Shown here: positions 1-14,424 of the stretch, piece by piece
How positions within the stretch are numbered: position 1 is the first letter of the stretch
How the letters are laid out: every line of letters begins with the position of its first letter
NCBI GenBank assembly: GCA_964016885.1
Contig: OZ024741.1
Location: 180,978,001-181,042,000, forward strand
Direction of reading: 5' to 3'
DNA from: Eledone cirrhosa
Lineage: Eukaryota
DNA length: 64,000 nucleotides
The notes under the pieces: generated by a model
The model's database searches: none
The model's input: only the letters and a program-made list of their open reading frames with translations
What the model was told of the DNA's origin: nothing
Program-made: the position numbers and the translations under genes

Positions 1-411
1 TGGCAACTGACTTGGTAAACACCGACAAAATTGTTAACCATCTTGCCAACAACAACCCTGAGTAGCTTTTTGATTTCCATGTGTCTAACACACGTGGGCA
101 TGCCCACAAAGTCTGAAAACAGTACAGTTCCCATGACTTTCGGAAACATTTTTTCACGCTCAGAGTTGCTGAAGCATGTAAAAAACTACCTGCATCGGTT
201 GTTAGCTGTCGAGACACTGCATCCTTTAAGGCCTCCATGCTTCCCGAGATTCGCCAACACTACACCTAATGTCGCCCCCTCCCTGCCTCATACACACATA
301 TATATCATGACTCATACACTATTCACTTCCCTGACATTTGTGTTTTATTCTATGTACTATACATGCACCTTTGACGAGTTGTAGTGCACCTGAGCACTTT
401 ACACAATAATT

Positions 412-442
<31 letters not shown>
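1..442 (+). mobile_element. CR1-type LINE 3' fragment (partial, array copy) with (TTA)n tail
   Basis: Same sequence as 2675-3116; homologous to RT C-terminus/3' UTR of the LINE at 60343-61612. Confidence 0.85.
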
Positions 443-445
<3 letters not shown>

Positions 446-891
446 AATTAACCGTGAGAGACACTAAAGACACACACACAAATCTCAATTTGCGTTATTC
501 ATCGATCTGCTGGAAACAACGTTGATATTTGTCTCAACTAACAGCCTCTCTCCTGGAAGAAGGAAAAAAACGGTGATAAATACTTTTCTGCAAGTTTGTG
601 TTAGTAGTTAATGCTAACACCAAATGTTGAATTATTTCCCTTGATTAATACAAGATAGTAGATTTGAAGGCGTAAGTAAAGATAGTTTAGTTGTTAAATT
701 GATAAAGTTTGTATAAAGAAGAATAACTTTGAAAGTAAAGAGTAGTGAATAAGTGTATAAATAAAATAATTTGCAAGTTGTATTGTTTTTTGTATTGTGG
801 AATTAAATTTTCAGTAGTTGCTGATGGTATAAAGTCAGTAGATCTTTTGTAAGTATAATGTTATATGAAGAAAGTGATTATGGTGTCTAGC

Positions 892-1054
892 ATACTTACC
901 TGGCACAGGGGTTAACCATGATCCGCTAGGTGGTTCTCCCAGAGTGAGGCTCTTCCATTGCACTGCGGTTGGGTTGACCTTTGCGATCGCCCCAAATGTG
1001 GGCGACTCGGGTGCGCTATTTCTAAGTGTGGGGTCTGCGTTCGCGCTCACCCCG
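892..1054 (+). ncRNA. RNU1: U1 spliceosomal snRNA (variant), copy 1
   Basis: Starts ATACTTACCTGG (5' splice-site recognition), loop II ATTGCAC (U1A site), stem III TCGCCC-CAAATGT-GGGCGA, terminal GGGG..GCGTTCGCGC..CCCC hairpin; 163 nt. Confidence 0.95.
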
Positions 1055-1061
1055 TAAAATA

Positions 1062-1075
1062 ATCAAAAAGACAGA
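1062..1075 (+). terminator. Putative snRNA 3' box (present in every unit)
   Basis: ATCAAAAAGACAGA 8 nt after the U1 end resembles the A-rich..AGA half of the metazoan snRNA 3' box; the GTTT start is not conserved. Confidence 0.4.
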
Positions 1076-2260
1076 CTTTTTACCATTATTAAATTATAAT
1101 TATCTTTCTCTATTCTTTCACACAATCAACTTTACACATTCTCTCATACAACCTAACTTTTCAGATTTATTTCTTTTACAAACTCCCTCATACAACCTTT
1201 TCCTATTCATGCAATCCTCACCTAACTCTTCTCTGCACTCTCAACTCTTGCCCACGCCGGCATATCATATACTAGCACACCATTTCACCGGCTCTTGCCT
1301 ACCTCTTCCAACACACATGCATCGTCCCTTCTATTTTCAATTAACAACAACTACCTTCATTCTATTTCAATTCAGCCGCAATCACTCTTACCTTTCACAC
1401 TTCTCTTCCAACATACACCCAACCGTCTATCGTGTATCTGAGTAATTAACCTCATAGAAACAACACTTAAATTTACCTCCTCTCACACATAACCTACATT
1501 ATATGGAGAAAGATATCTGCCATTTTCACTCTTAGTATATCTTTCATCATACCACTGGCCAGCTAAATCATAACTTCCATCTTCCGACGGAGAAGACGCT
1601 CCTATCAGAAGAAATCATCAGGCTAGATCCAGAAACGATCTTATCTTATTTGTCGTCTAACCTTCGGTCTCACGCCAGTTGGATTTACCCGTATTATCTC
1701 TCTAGTCATTCTTTTCTTATACATTCTAAACACACCTTCCTACTACCAGAGTGGTGATCTTCCGATTCAGAAAATTCGCTGCTCTACCTGTACCCACTCC
1801 CTCATCTCCAAGCTACACATCCAATCGACCAAGCTTATTCCAAACGCTTGTAAATCTACATTTACAAATCAATACAACAAACAATTTACTTCAGCGAACA
1901 CACACAGACATATATTACTAGCAAATCACTTATATATGGAACTTGTGAGCATGTGATATCTCTAAAAGGTCGCATCTTGAACTCAATCAAACAATCTAGC
2001 CTATACTAATATGGAAAGAGGACGTGCAATGATGATATGGATTTTTAGGCTTTTCTTAAGCACAGAGATTGTTTTAGTGTCACTTGCATTTAAAATTTAA
2101 TTATCTTTATTATCCACTTCTCAGTAGTGAGAACTTGATAAATATTTATTACAACAGTTAAACCAACTTCATTAAAGTATTATGTTGCTGTAGGTGTGTG
2201 TATAACATGCAACTAGATAAACTCTGATATAGTAGATAGATTCTTGTGAAATATCTATAT

Positions 2261-3085
2261 ACAAGTGCACCACCATGCATTTTGGGAGTAAAAACCCAGC
2301 GTCCACATACTCCCTCCACAGCACTAATATCAAGAAGTCTTCTTGTGAACGTGACCTGGACATTGCGGTCAGCAGCGATTTGCGTTGGACGAAGCACGTC
2401 TCTAAAATTGTCAAGAGGGCCGAGGGTGTCTTAACATCACTCAGTAAGACCTTTGTCAGCCGCTCTCCTGCTATCTATTTAAGGCTGTACATGGCTATGG
2501 TGCGGCCACACTTAGAATTTGCATCACCAGTCTGGGACCCCTAGCTTGCTCAGAACATTGACCGCCTGGAAACTGTTCAGAGACGTGCAACCAAGCGAAT
2601 ACCCTCCATCAGGCATCTACCATACTCTGAGCGCCTTGCTTCCCTGGGCATGGATACATTGAAGCTCCGACGCCTGGCAACTGACTTGGTAAACACCGAC
2701 AAAATTGTTAACCATCTTGCCAACAACAACCCTGAGTAGCTTTTTGATTTCCATGTGTCTAACACACGTGGGCATGCCCACAAAGTCTGAAAACAGTACA
2801 GTTCCCATGACTTTCGGAAACATTTTTTCACGCTCAGAGTTGCTGAAGCATGTAAAAAACTACCTGCATCGGTTGTTAGCTGTCGAGACACTGCATCCTT
2901 TAAGGCCTCCATGCTTCCCGAGATTCGCCAACACTACACCTAATGTCGCCCCCTCCCTGCCTCATACACACATATATATCATGACTCATACACTATTCAC
3001 TTCCCTGACATTTGTGTTTTATTCTATGTACTATACATGCACCTTTGACGAGTTGTAGTGCACCTGAGCACTTTACACAATAATT

Positions 3086-3116
<31 letters not shown>
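2261..3116 (+). mobile_element. 5'-truncated, stop-disrupted CR1-type LINE fragment with (TTA)n tail
   Basis: Encodes KCTTMHFG..ERDLDI..YMAMVRPHLEFASPVW*..LETVQRRATKRI..YSERLASLG; in-frame stops (e.g. TAG 2542-2544); same family as ORF 60639-61553. Confidence 0.9.
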
Positions 3117-3119
<3 letters not shown>

Positions 3120-3565
3120 AATTAACCGTGAGAGACACTAAAGACACACACACAAATCTCAATTTGCGTTATTCATCGATCTGCTGGAAACAACGTTGAT
3201 ATTTGTCTCAACTAACAGCCTCTCTCCTGGAAGAAGGAAAAAAACGGTGATAAATACTTTTCTGCAAGTTTGTGTTAGTAGTTAATGCTAACACCAAATG
3301 TTGAATTATTTCCCTTGATTAATACAAGATAGTAGATTTGAAGGCGTAAGTAAAGATAGTTTAGTTGTTAAATTGATAAAGTTTGTATAAAGAAGAATAA
3401 CTTTGAAAGTAAAGAGTAGTGAATAAGTGTATAAATAAAATAATTTGCAAGTTGTATTGTTTTTTGTATTGTGGAATTAAATTTTCAGTAGTTGCTGATG
3501 GTATAAAGTCAGTAGATCTTTTGTAAGTATAATGTTATATGAAGAAAGTGATTATGGTGTCTAGC

Positions 3566-3728
3566 ATACTTACCTGGCACAGGGGTTAACCATGATCCGC
3601 TAGGTGGTTCTCCCAGAGTGAGGCTCTTCCATTGCACTGCGGTTGGGTTGACCTTTGCGATCGCCCCAAATGTGGGCGACTCGGGTGCGCTATTTCTAAG
3701 TGTGGGGTCTGCGTTCGCGCTCACCCCG
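3566..3728 (+). ncRNA. RNU1: U1 snRNA (variant), copy 2
   Basis: Identical to copy 1 by eye. Confidence 0.95.
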
Positions 3729-4934
3729 TAAAATAATCAAAAAGACAGACTTTTTACCATTATTAAATTATAATTATCTTTCTCTATTCTTTCACACAAT
3801 CAACTTTACACATTCTCTCATACAACCTAACTTTTCAGATTTATTTCTTTTACAAACTCCCTCATACAACCTTTTCCTATTCATGCAATCCTCACCTAAC
3901 TCTTCTCTGCACTCTCAACTCTTGCCCACGCCGGCATATCATACACTAGCACACCATTTCACCGGCTCTTGCCTACCTCTTCCAACACACATGCATCGTC
4001 CCTTCTATTTTCAATTAACAACAACTACCTTCATTCTATTTCAATTCAGCCGCAATCACTCTTACCTTTCACACTTCTCTTCCAACATACACCCAACCGT
4101 CTATCGTGTATCTGAGTAATTAACCTCATAGAAACAACACTTAAATTTACCTCCTCTCACACATAACCTACATTATATGGAGAAAGATATCTGCCATTTT
4201 CACTCTTAGTATATCTTTCATCATACCACTGGCCAGCTAAATCATAACTTCCATCTTCCGACGGAGAAGACGCTCCTATCAGAAGAAATCATCAGGCTAG
4301 ATCCAGAAACGATCTTATCTTATTTGTCGTCTAACCTTCGGTCTCACGCCAGTTGGATTTACCCGTATTATCTCTCTAGTCATTCTTTTCTTATACATTC
4401 TAAACACACCTTCCTACTACCAGAGTGGTGATCTTCCGATTCAGAAAATTCGCTGCTCTACCTGTACCCACTCCCTCATCTCCAAGCTACACATCCAATC
4501 GACCAAGCTTATTCCAAACGCTTGTAAATCTACATTTACAAATCAATACAACAAACAATTTACTTCAGCGAACACACACAGACATATATTACTAGCAAAT
4601 CACTTATATATGGAACTTGTGAGCATGTGATATCTCTAAAAGGTCGCATCTTGAACTCAATCAAACAATCTAGCCTATACTAATATGGAAAGAGGACGTG
4701 CAATGATGATATGGATTTTTAGGCTTTTCTTAAGCACAGAGATTGTTTTAGTGTCACTTGCATTTAAAATTTAATTATCTTTATTATCCACTTCTCAGTA
4801 GTGAGAACTTGATAAATATTTATTACAACAGTTAAACCAACTTCATTAAAGTATTATGTTGCTGTAGGTGTGTGTATAACATGCAACTAGATAAACTCTG
4901 ATATAGTAGATAGATTCTTGTGAAATATCTATAT

Positions 4935-5759
4935 ACAAGTGCACCACCATGCATTTTGGGAGTAAAAACCCAGCGTCCACATACTCCCTCCACAGCACTA
5001 ATATCAAGAAGTCTTCTTGTGAACGTGACCTGGACATTGCGGTCAGCAGCGATTTGCGTTGGACGAAGCACGTCTCTAAAATTGTCAAGAGGGCCGAGGG
5101 TGTCTTAACATCACTCAGTAAGACCTTTGTCAGCCGCTCTCCTGCTATCTATTTAAGGCTGTACATGGCTATGGTGCGGCCACACTTAGAATTTGCATCA
5201 CCAGTCTGGGACCCCTAGCTTGCTCAGAACATTGACCGCCTGGAAACTGTTCAGAGACGTGCAACCAAGCGAATACCCTCCATCAGGCATCTACCATACT
5301 CTGAGCGCCTTGCTTCCCTGGGCATGGATACATTGAAGCTCCGACGCCTGGCAACTGACTTGGTAAACACCGACAAAATTGTTAACCATCTTGCCAACAA
5401 CAACCCTGAGTAGCTTTTTGATTTCCATGTGTCTAACACACGTGGGCATGCCCACAAAGTCTGAAAACAGTACAGTTCCCATGACTTTCGGAAACATTTT
5501 TTCACGCTCAGAGTTGCTGAAGCATGTAAAAAACTACCTGCATCGGTTGTTAGCTGTCGAGACACTGCATCCTTTAAGGCCTCCATGCTTCCCGAGATTC
5601 GCCAACACTACACCTAATGTCGCCCCCTCCCTGCCTCATACACACATATATATCATGACTCATACACTATTCACTTCCCTGACATTTGTGTTTTATTCTA
5701 TGTACTATACATGCACCTTTGACGAGTTGTAGTGCACCTGAGCACTTTACACAATAATT

Positions 5760-5790
<31 letters not shown>
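4935..5790 (+). mobile_element. CR1-type LINE 3' fragment (array copy)
   Basis: Repeat of 2261-3116. Confidence 0.9.
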
Positions 5791-5793
<3 letters not shown>

Positions 5794-6239
5794 AATTAAC
5801 CGTGAGAGACACTAAAGACACACACACAAATCTCAATTTGCGTTATTCATCGATCTGCTGGAAACAACGTTGATATTTGTCTCAACTAACAGCCTCTCTC
5901 CTGGAAGAAGGAAAAAAACGGTGATAAATACTTTTCTGCAAGTTTGTGTTAGTAGTTAATGCTAACACCAAATGTTGAATTATTTCCCTTGATTAATACA
6001 AGATAGTAGATTTGAAGGCGTAAGTAAAGATAGTTTAGTTGTTAAATTGATAAAGTTTGTATAAAGAAGAATAACTTTGAAAGTAAAGAGTAGTGAATAA
6101 GTGTATAAATAAAATAATTTGCAAGTTGTATTGTTTTTTGTATTGTGGAATTAAATTTTCAGTAGTTGCTGATGGTATAAAGTCAGTAGATCTTTTGTAA
6201 GTATAATGTTATATGAAGAAAGTGATTATGGTGTCTAGC

Positions 6240-6402
6240 ATACTTACCTGGCACAGGGGTTAACCATGATCCGCTAGGTGGTTCTCCCAGAGTGAGGCTC
6301 TTCCATTGCACTGCGGTTGGGTTGACCTTTGCGATCGCCCCAAATGTGGGCGACTCGGGTGCGCTATTTCTAAGTGTGGGGTCTGCGTTCGCGCTCACCC
6401 CG
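6240..6402 (+). ncRNA. RNU1: U1 snRNA (variant), copy 3
   Basis: Identical to copy 1 by eye. Confidence 0.95.
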
Positions 6403-7608
6403 TAAAATAATCAAAAAGACAGACTTTTTACCATTATTAAATTATAATTATCTTTCTCTATTCTTTCACACAATCAACTTTACACATTCTCTCATACAAC
6501 CTAACTTTTCAGATTTATTTCTTTTACAAACTCCCTCATACAACCTTTTCCTATTCATGCAATCCTCACCTAACTCTTCTCTGCACTCTCAACTCTTGCC
6601 CACGCCGGCATATCATACACTAGCACACCATTTCACCGGCTCTTGCCTACCTCTTCCAACACACATGCATCGTCCCTTCTATTTTCAATTAACAACAACT
6701 ACCTTCATTCTATTTCAATTCAGCCGCAATCACTCTTACCTTTCACACTTCTCTTCCAACATACACCCAACCGTCTATCGTGTATCTGAGTAATTAACCT
6801 CATAGAAACAACACTTAAATTTACCTCCTCTCACACATAACCTACATTATATGGAGAAAGATATCTGCCATTTTCACTCTTAGTATATCTTTCATCATAC
6901 CACTGGCCAGCTAAATCATAACTTCCATCTTCCGACGGAGAAGACGCTCCTATCAGAAGAAATCATCAGGCTAGATCCAGAAACGATCTTATCTTATTTG
7001 TCGTCTAACCTTCGGTCTCACGCCAGTTGGATTTACCCGTATTATCTCTCTAGTCATTCTTTTCTTATACATTCTAAACACACCTTCCTACTACCAGAGT
7101 GGTGATCTTCCGATTCAGAAAATTCGCTGCTCTACCTGTACCCACTCCCTCATCTCCAAGCTACACATCCAATCGACCAAGCTTATTCCAAACGCTTGTA
7201 AATCTACATTTACAAATCAATACAACAAACAATTTACTTCAGCGAACACACACAGACATATATTACTAGCAAATCACTTATATATGGAACTTGTGAGCAT
7301 GTGATATCTCTAAAAGGTCGCATCTTGAACTCAATCAAACAATCTAGCCTATACTAATATGGAAAGAGGACGTGCAATGATGATATGGATTTTTAGGCTT
7401 TTCTTAAGCACAGAGATTGTTTTAGTGTCACTTGCATTTAAAATTTAATTATCTTTATTATCCACTTCTCAGTAGTGAGAACTTGATAAATATTTATTAC
7501 AACAGTTAAACCAACTTCATTAAAGTATTATGTTGCTGTAGGTGTGTGTATAACATGCAACTAGATAAACTCTGATATAGTAGATAGATTCTTGTGAAAT
7601 ATCTATAT

Positions 7609-8464
7609 ACAAGTGCACCACCATGCATTTTGGGAGTAAAAACCCAGCGTCCACATACTCCCTCCACAGCACTAATATCAAGAAGTCTTCTTGTGAACGT
7701 GACCTGGACATTGCGGTCAGCAGCGATTTGCGTTGGACGAAGCACGTCTCTAAAATTGTCAAGAGGGCCGAGGGTGTCTTAACATCACTCAGTAAGACCT
7801 TTGTCAGCCGCTCTCCTGCTATCTATTTAAGGCTGTACATGGCTATGGTGCGGCCACACTTAGAATTTGCATCACCAGTCTGGGACCCCTAGCTTGCTCA
7901 GAACATTGACCGCCTGGAAACTGTTCAGAGACGTGCAACCAAGCGAATACCCTCCATCAGGCATCTACCATACTCTGAGCGCCTTGCTTCCCTGGGCATG
8001 GATACATTGAAGCTCCGACGCCTGGCAACTGACTTGGTAAACACCGACAAAATTGTTAACCATCTTGCCAACAACAACCCTGAGTAGCTTTTTGATTTCC
8101 ATGTGTCTAACACACGTGGGCATGCCCACAAAGTCTGAAAACAGTACAGTTCCCATGACTTTCGGAAACATTTTTTCACGCTCAGAGTTGCTGAAGCATG
8201 TAAAAAACTACCTGCATCGGTTGTTAGCTGTCGAGACACTGCATCCTTTAAGGCCTCCATGCTTCCCGAGATTCGCCAACACTACACCTAATGTCGCCCC
8301 CTCCCTGCCTCATACACACATATATATCATGACTCATACACTATTCACTTCCCTGACATTTGTGTTTTATTCTATGTACTATACATGCACCTTTGACGAG
8401 TTGTAGTGCACCTGAGCACTTTACACAATAATTTCATTATTATTATTATTATTCTTATTATTAT
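7609..8464 (+). mobile_element. CR1-type LINE 3' fragment (array copy)
   Basis: Repeat of 2261-3116; A>C in tail at 8454. Confidence 0.9.
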
Positions 8465-8913
8465 ATAAATTAACCGTGAGAGACACTAAAGACACACACA
8501 CAAATCTCAATTTGCGTTATTCATCGATCTGCTGGAAACAACGTTGATATTTGTCTCAACTAACAGCCTCTCTCCTGGAAGAAGGAAAAAAACGGTGATA
8601 AATACTTTTCTGCAAGTTTGTGTTAGTAGTTAATGCTAACACCAAATGTTGAATTATTTCCCTTGATTAATACAAGATAGTAGATTTGAAGGCGTAAGTA
8701 AAGATAGTTTAGTTGTTAAATTGATAAAGTTTGTATAAAGAAGAATAACTTTGAAAGTAAAGAGTAGTGAATAAGTGTATAAATAAAATAATTTGCAAGT
8801 TGTATTGTTTTTTGTAGTGTGGAATTAAATTTTCAGTAGTTGCTGATGGTATAAAGTCAGTAGATCTTTTGTAAGTATAATGTTATATGAAGAAAGTGAT
8901 TATGGTGTCTAGC

Positions 8914-9076
8914 ATACTTACCTGGCACAGGGGTTAACCATGATCCGCTAGGTGGTTCTCCCAGAGTGAGGCTCTTCCATTGCACTGCGGTTGGGTTGAC
9001 CTTTGCGATCGCCCCAAATGTGGGCGACTCGGGTGCGCTATTTCTAAGTGTGGGGTCTGCGTTCGCGCTCACCCCG
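8914..9076 (+). ncRNA. RNU1: U1 snRNA (variant), copy 4
   Basis: Identical to copy 1 by eye. Confidence 0.95.
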
Positions 9077-10282
9077 TAAAATAATCAAAAAGACAGACTT
9101 TTTACCATTATTAAATTATAATTATCTTTCTCTATTCTTTCACACAATCAACTTTACACATTCTCTCATACAACCTAACTTTTCAGATTTATTTCTTTTA
9201 CAAACTCCCTCATACAACCTTTTCCTATTCATGCAATCCTCACCTAACTCTTCTCTGCACTCTCAACTCTTGCCCACGCCGGCATATCATACACTAGCAC
9301 ACCATTTCACCGGCTCTTGCCTACCTCTTCCAACACACATGCATCGTCCCTTCTATTTTCAATTAACAACAACTACCTTCATTCTATTTCAATTCAGCCG
9401 CAATCACTCTTACCTTTCACACTTCTCTTCCAACATACACCCAACCGTCTATCGTGTATCTGAGTAATTAACCTCATAGAAACAACACTTAAATTTACCT
9501 CCTCTCACACATAACCTACATTATATGGAGAAAGATATCTGCCATTTTCACTCTTAGTATATCTTTCATCATACCACTGGCCAGCTAAATCATAACTTCC
9601 ATCTTCCGACGGAGAAGACGCTCCTATCAGAAGAAATCATCAGGCTAGATCCAGAAACGATCTTATCTTATTTGTCGTCTAACCTTCGGTCTCACGCCAG
9701 TTGGATTTACCCGTATTATCTCTCTAGTCATTCTTTTCTTATACATTCTAAACACACCTTCCTACTACCAGAGTGGTGATCTTCCGATTCAGAAAATTCG
9801 CTGCTCTACCTGTACCCACTCCCTCATCTCCAAGCTACACATCCAATCGACCAAGCTTATTCCAAACGCTTGTAAATCTACATTTACAAATCAATACAAC
9901 AAACAATTTACTTCAGCGAACACACACAGACATATATTACTAGCAAATCACTTATATATGGAACTTGTGAGCATGTGATATCTCTAAAAGGTCGCATCTT
10001 GAACTCAATCAAACAATCTAGCCTATACTAATATGGAAAGAGGACGTGCAATGATGATATGGATTTTTAGGCTTTTCTTAAGCACAGAGATTGTTTTAGT
10101 GTCACTTGCATTTAAAATTTAATTATCTTTATTATCCACTTCTCAGTAGTGAGAACTTGATAAATATTTATTACAACAGTTAAACCAACTTCATTAAAGT
10201 ATTATGTTGCTGTAGGTGTGTGTATAACATGCAACTAGATAAACTCTGATATAGTAGATAGATTCTTGTGAAATATCTATAT

Positions 10283-11138
10283 ACAAGTGCACCACCATGC
10301 ATTTTGGGAGTAAAAACCCAGCGTCCACATACTCCCTCCACAGCACTAATATCAAGAAGTCTTCTTGTGAACGTGACCTGGACATTGCGGTCAGCAGCGA
10401 TTTGCGTTGGACGAAGCACGTCTCTAAAATTGTCAAGAGGGCCGAGGGTGTCTTAACATCACTCAGTAAGACCTTTGTCAGCCGCTCTCCTGCTATCTAT
10501 TTAAGGCTGTACATGGCTATGGTGCGGCCACACTTAGAATTTGCATCACCAGTCTGGGACCCCTAGCTTGCTCAGAACATTGACCGCCTGGAAACTGTTC
10601 AGAGACGTGCAACCAAGCGAATACCCTCCATCAGGCATCTACCATACTCTGAGCGCCTTGCTTCCCTGGGCATGGATACATTGAAGCTCCGACGCCTGGC
10701 AACTGACTTGGTAAACACCGACAAAATTGTTAACCATCTTGCCAACAACAACCCTGAGTAGCTTTTTGATTTCCATGTGTCTAACACACGTGGGCATGCC
10801 CACAAAGTCTGAAAACAGTACAGTTCCCATGACTTTCGGAAACATTTTTTCACGCTCAGAGTTGCTGAAGCATGTAAAAAACTACCTGCATCGGTTGTTA
10901 GCTGTCGAGACACTGCATCCTTTAAGGCCTCCATGCTTCCCGAGATTCGCCAACACTACACCTAATGTCGCCCCCTCCCTGCCTCATACACACATATATA
11001 TCATGACTCATACACTATTCACTTCCCTGACATTTGTGTTTTATTCTATGTACTATACATGCACCTTTGACGAGTTGTAGTGCACCTGAGCACTTTACAC
11101 AATAATTTCATTATTATTATTATTATTCTTATTATTAT
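10283..11138 (+). mobile_element. CR1-type LINE 3' fragment (array copy)
   Basis: Repeat of 2261-3116. Confidence 0.9.
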
Positions 11139-11587
11139 ATAAATTAACCGTGAGAGACACTAAAGACACACACACAAATCTCAATTTGCGTTATTCATCG
11201 ATCTGCTGGAAACAACGTTGATATTTGTCTCAACTAACAGCCTCTCTCCTGGAAGAAGGAAAAAAACGGTGATAAATACTTTTCTGCAAGTTTGTGTTAG
11301 TAGTTAATGCTAACACCAAATGTTGAATTATTTCCCTTGATTAATACAAGATAGTAGATTTGAAGGCGTAAGTAAAGATAGTTTAGTTGTTAAATTGATA
11401 AAGTTTGTATAAAGAAGAATAACTTTGAAAGTAAAGAGTAGTGAATAAGTGTATAAATAAAATAATTTGCAAGTTGTATTGTTTTTTGTAGTGTGGAATT
11501 AAATTTTCAGTAGTTGCTGATGGTATAAAGTCAGTAGATCTTTTGTAAGTATAATGTTATATGAAGAAAGTGATTATGGTGTCTAGC

Positions 11588-11750
11588 ATACTTACCTGGC
11601 ACAGGGGTTAACCATGATCCGCTAGGTGGTTCTCCCAGAGTGAGGCTCTTCCATTGCACTGCGGTTGGGTTGACCTTTGCGATCGCCCCAAATGTGGGCG
11701 ACTCGGGTGCGCTATTTCTAAGTGTGGGGTCTGCGTTCGCGCTCACCCCG
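11588..11750 (+). ncRNA. RNU1: U1 snRNA (variant), copy 5
   Basis: Identical to copy 1 by eye. Confidence 0.95.
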
Positions 11751-12956
11751 TAAAATAATCAAAAAGACAGACTTTTTACCATTATTAAATTATAATTATC
11801 TTTCTCTATTCTTTCACACAATCAACTTTACACATTCTCTCATACAACCTAACTTTTCAGATTTATTTCTTTTACAAACTCCCTCATACAACCTTTTCCT
11901 ATTCATGCAATCCTCACCTAACTCTTCTCTGCACTCTCAACTCTTGCCCACGCCGGCATATCATACACTAGCACACCATTTCACCGGCTCTTGCCTACCT
12001 CTTCCAACACACATGCATCGTCCCTTCTATTTTCAATTAACAACAACTACCTTCATTCTATTTCAATTCAGCCGCAATCACTCTTACCTTTCACACTTCT
12101 CTTCCAACATACACCCAACCGTCTATCGTGTATCTGAGTAATTAACCTCATAGAAACAACACTTAAATTTACCTCCTCTCACACATAACCTACATTATAT
12201 GGAGAAAGATATCTGCCATTTTCACTCTTAGTATATCTTTCATCATACCACTGGCCAGCTAAATCATAACTTCCATCTTCCGACGGAGAAGACGCTCCTA
12301 TCAGAAGAAATCATCAGGCTAGATCCAGAAACGATCTTATCTTATTTGTCGTCTAACCTTCGGTCTCACGCCAGTTGGATTTACCCGTATTATCTCTCTA
12401 GTCATTCTTTTCTTATACATTCTAAACACACCTTCCTACTACCAGAGTGGTGATCTTCCGATTCAGAAAATTCGCTGCTCTACCTGTACCCACTCCCTCA
12501 TCTCCAAGCTACACATCCAATCGACCAAGCTTATTCCAAACGCTTGTAAATCTACATTTACAAATCAATACAACAAACAATTTACTTCAGCGAACACACA
12601 CAGACATATATTACTAGCAAATCACTTATATATGGAACTTGTGAGCATGTGATATCTCTAAAAGGTCGCATCTTGAACTCAATCAAACAATCTAGCCTAT
12701 ACTAATATGGAAAGAGGACGTGCAATGATGATATGGATTTTTAGGCTTTTCTTAAGCACAGAGATTGTTTTAGTGTCACTTGCATTTAAAATTTAATTAT
12801 CTTTATTATCCACTTCTCAGTAGTGAGAACTTGATAAATATTTATTACAACAGTTAAACCAACTTCATTAAAGTATTATGTTGCTGTAGGTGTGTGTATA
12901 ACATGCAACTAGATAAACTCTGATATAGTAGATAGATTCTTGTGAAATATCTATAT

Positions 12957-13812
12957 ACAAGTGCACCACCATGCATTTTGGGAGTAAAAACCCAGCGTCC
13001 ACATACTCCCTCCACAGCACTAATATCAAGAAGTCTTCTTGTGAACGTGACCTGGACATTGCGGTCAGCAGCGATTTGCGTTGGACGAAGCACGTCTCTA
13101 AAATTGTCAAGAGGGCCGAGGGTGTCTTAACATCACTCAGTAAGACCTTTGTCAGCCGCTCTCCTGCTATCTATTTAAGGCTGTACATGGCTATGGTGCG
13201 GCCACACTTAGAATTTGCATCACCAGTCTGGGACCCCTAGCTTGCTCAGAACATTGACCGCCTGGAAACTGTTCAGAGACGTGCAACCAAGCGAATACCC
13301 TCCATCAGGCATCTACCATACTCTGAGCGCCTTGCTTCCCTGGGCATGGATACATTGAAGCTCCGACGCCTGGCAACTGACTTGGTAAACACCGACAAAA
13401 TTGTTAACCATCTTGCCAACAACAACCCTGAGTAGCTTTTTGATTTCCATGTGTCTAACACACGTGGGCATGCCCACAAAGTCTGAAAACAGTACAGTTC
13501 CCATGACTTTCGGAAACATTTTTTCACGCTCAGAGTTGCTGAAGCATGTAAAAAACTACCTGCATCGGTTGTTAGCTGTCGAGACACTGCATCCTTTAAG
13601 GCCTCCATGCTTCCCGAGATTCGCCAACACTACACCTAATGTCGCCCCCTCCCTGCCTCATACACACATATATATCATGACTCATACACTATTCACTTCC
13701 CTGACATTTGTGTTTTATTCTATGTACTATACATGCACCTTTGACGAGTTGTAGTGCACCTGAGCACTTTACACAATAATTTCATTATTATTATTATTAT
13801 TCTTATTATTAT
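12957..13812 (+). mobile_element. CR1-type LINE 3' fragment (array copy)
   Basis: Repeat of 2261-3116. Confidence 0.9.
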
Positions 13813-14261
13813 ATAAATTAACCGTGAGAGACACTAAAGACACACACACAAATCTCAATTTGCGTTATTCATCGATCTGCTGGAAACAACGTTGATATTT
13901 GTCTCAACTAACAGCCTCTCTCCTGGAAGAAGGAAAAAAACGGTGATAAATACTTTTCTGCAAGTTTGTGTTAGTAGTTAATGCTAACACCAAATGTTGA
14001 ATTATTTCCCTTGATTAATACAAGATAGTAGATTTGAAGGCGTAAGTAAAGATAGTTTAGTTGTTAAATTGATAAAGTTTGTATAAAGAAGAATAACTTT
14101 GAAAGTAAAGAGTAGTGAATAAGTGTATAAATAAAATAATTTGCAAGTTGTATTGTTTTTTGTAGTGTGGAATTAAATTTTCAGTAGTTGCTGATGGTAT
14201 AAAGTCAGTAGATCTTTTGTAAGTATAATGTTATATGAAGAAAGTGATTATGGTGTCTAGC

Positions 14262-14424
14262 ATACTTACCTGGCACAGGGGTTAACCATGATCCGCTAGG
14301 TGGTTCTCCCAGAGTGAGGCTCTTCCATTGCACTGCGGTTGGGTTGACCTTTGCGATCGCCCCAAATGTGGGCGACTCGGGTGCGCTATTTCTAAGTGTG
14401 GGGTCTGCGTTCGCGCTCACCCCG
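14262..14424 (+). ncRNA. RNU1: U1 snRNA (variant), copy 6
   Basis: Identical to copy 1 by eye. Confidence 0.95.

Noticed and set aside
447-870. PSE-like TTAACCGTGAG (~448), octamer-like ATTTGCAA (~770) and TATA-like TTATATGAA (~861)
   Set aside because: Wrong spacing or weak matches in AT-rich DNA; the species PSE is unknown.
1575-1660. CTGATGA on the minus strand of the array spacer (possible hammerhead in every unit)
   Set aside because: No downstream GAAA/stem III/NUH arrangement could be built.
1060-2260. Possible linked 5S rRNA, U2, U5 or SL RNA in the U1 unit
   Set aside because: No diagnostic motifs found by eye on either strand; a cmscan would be needed to exclude divergent RNAs.
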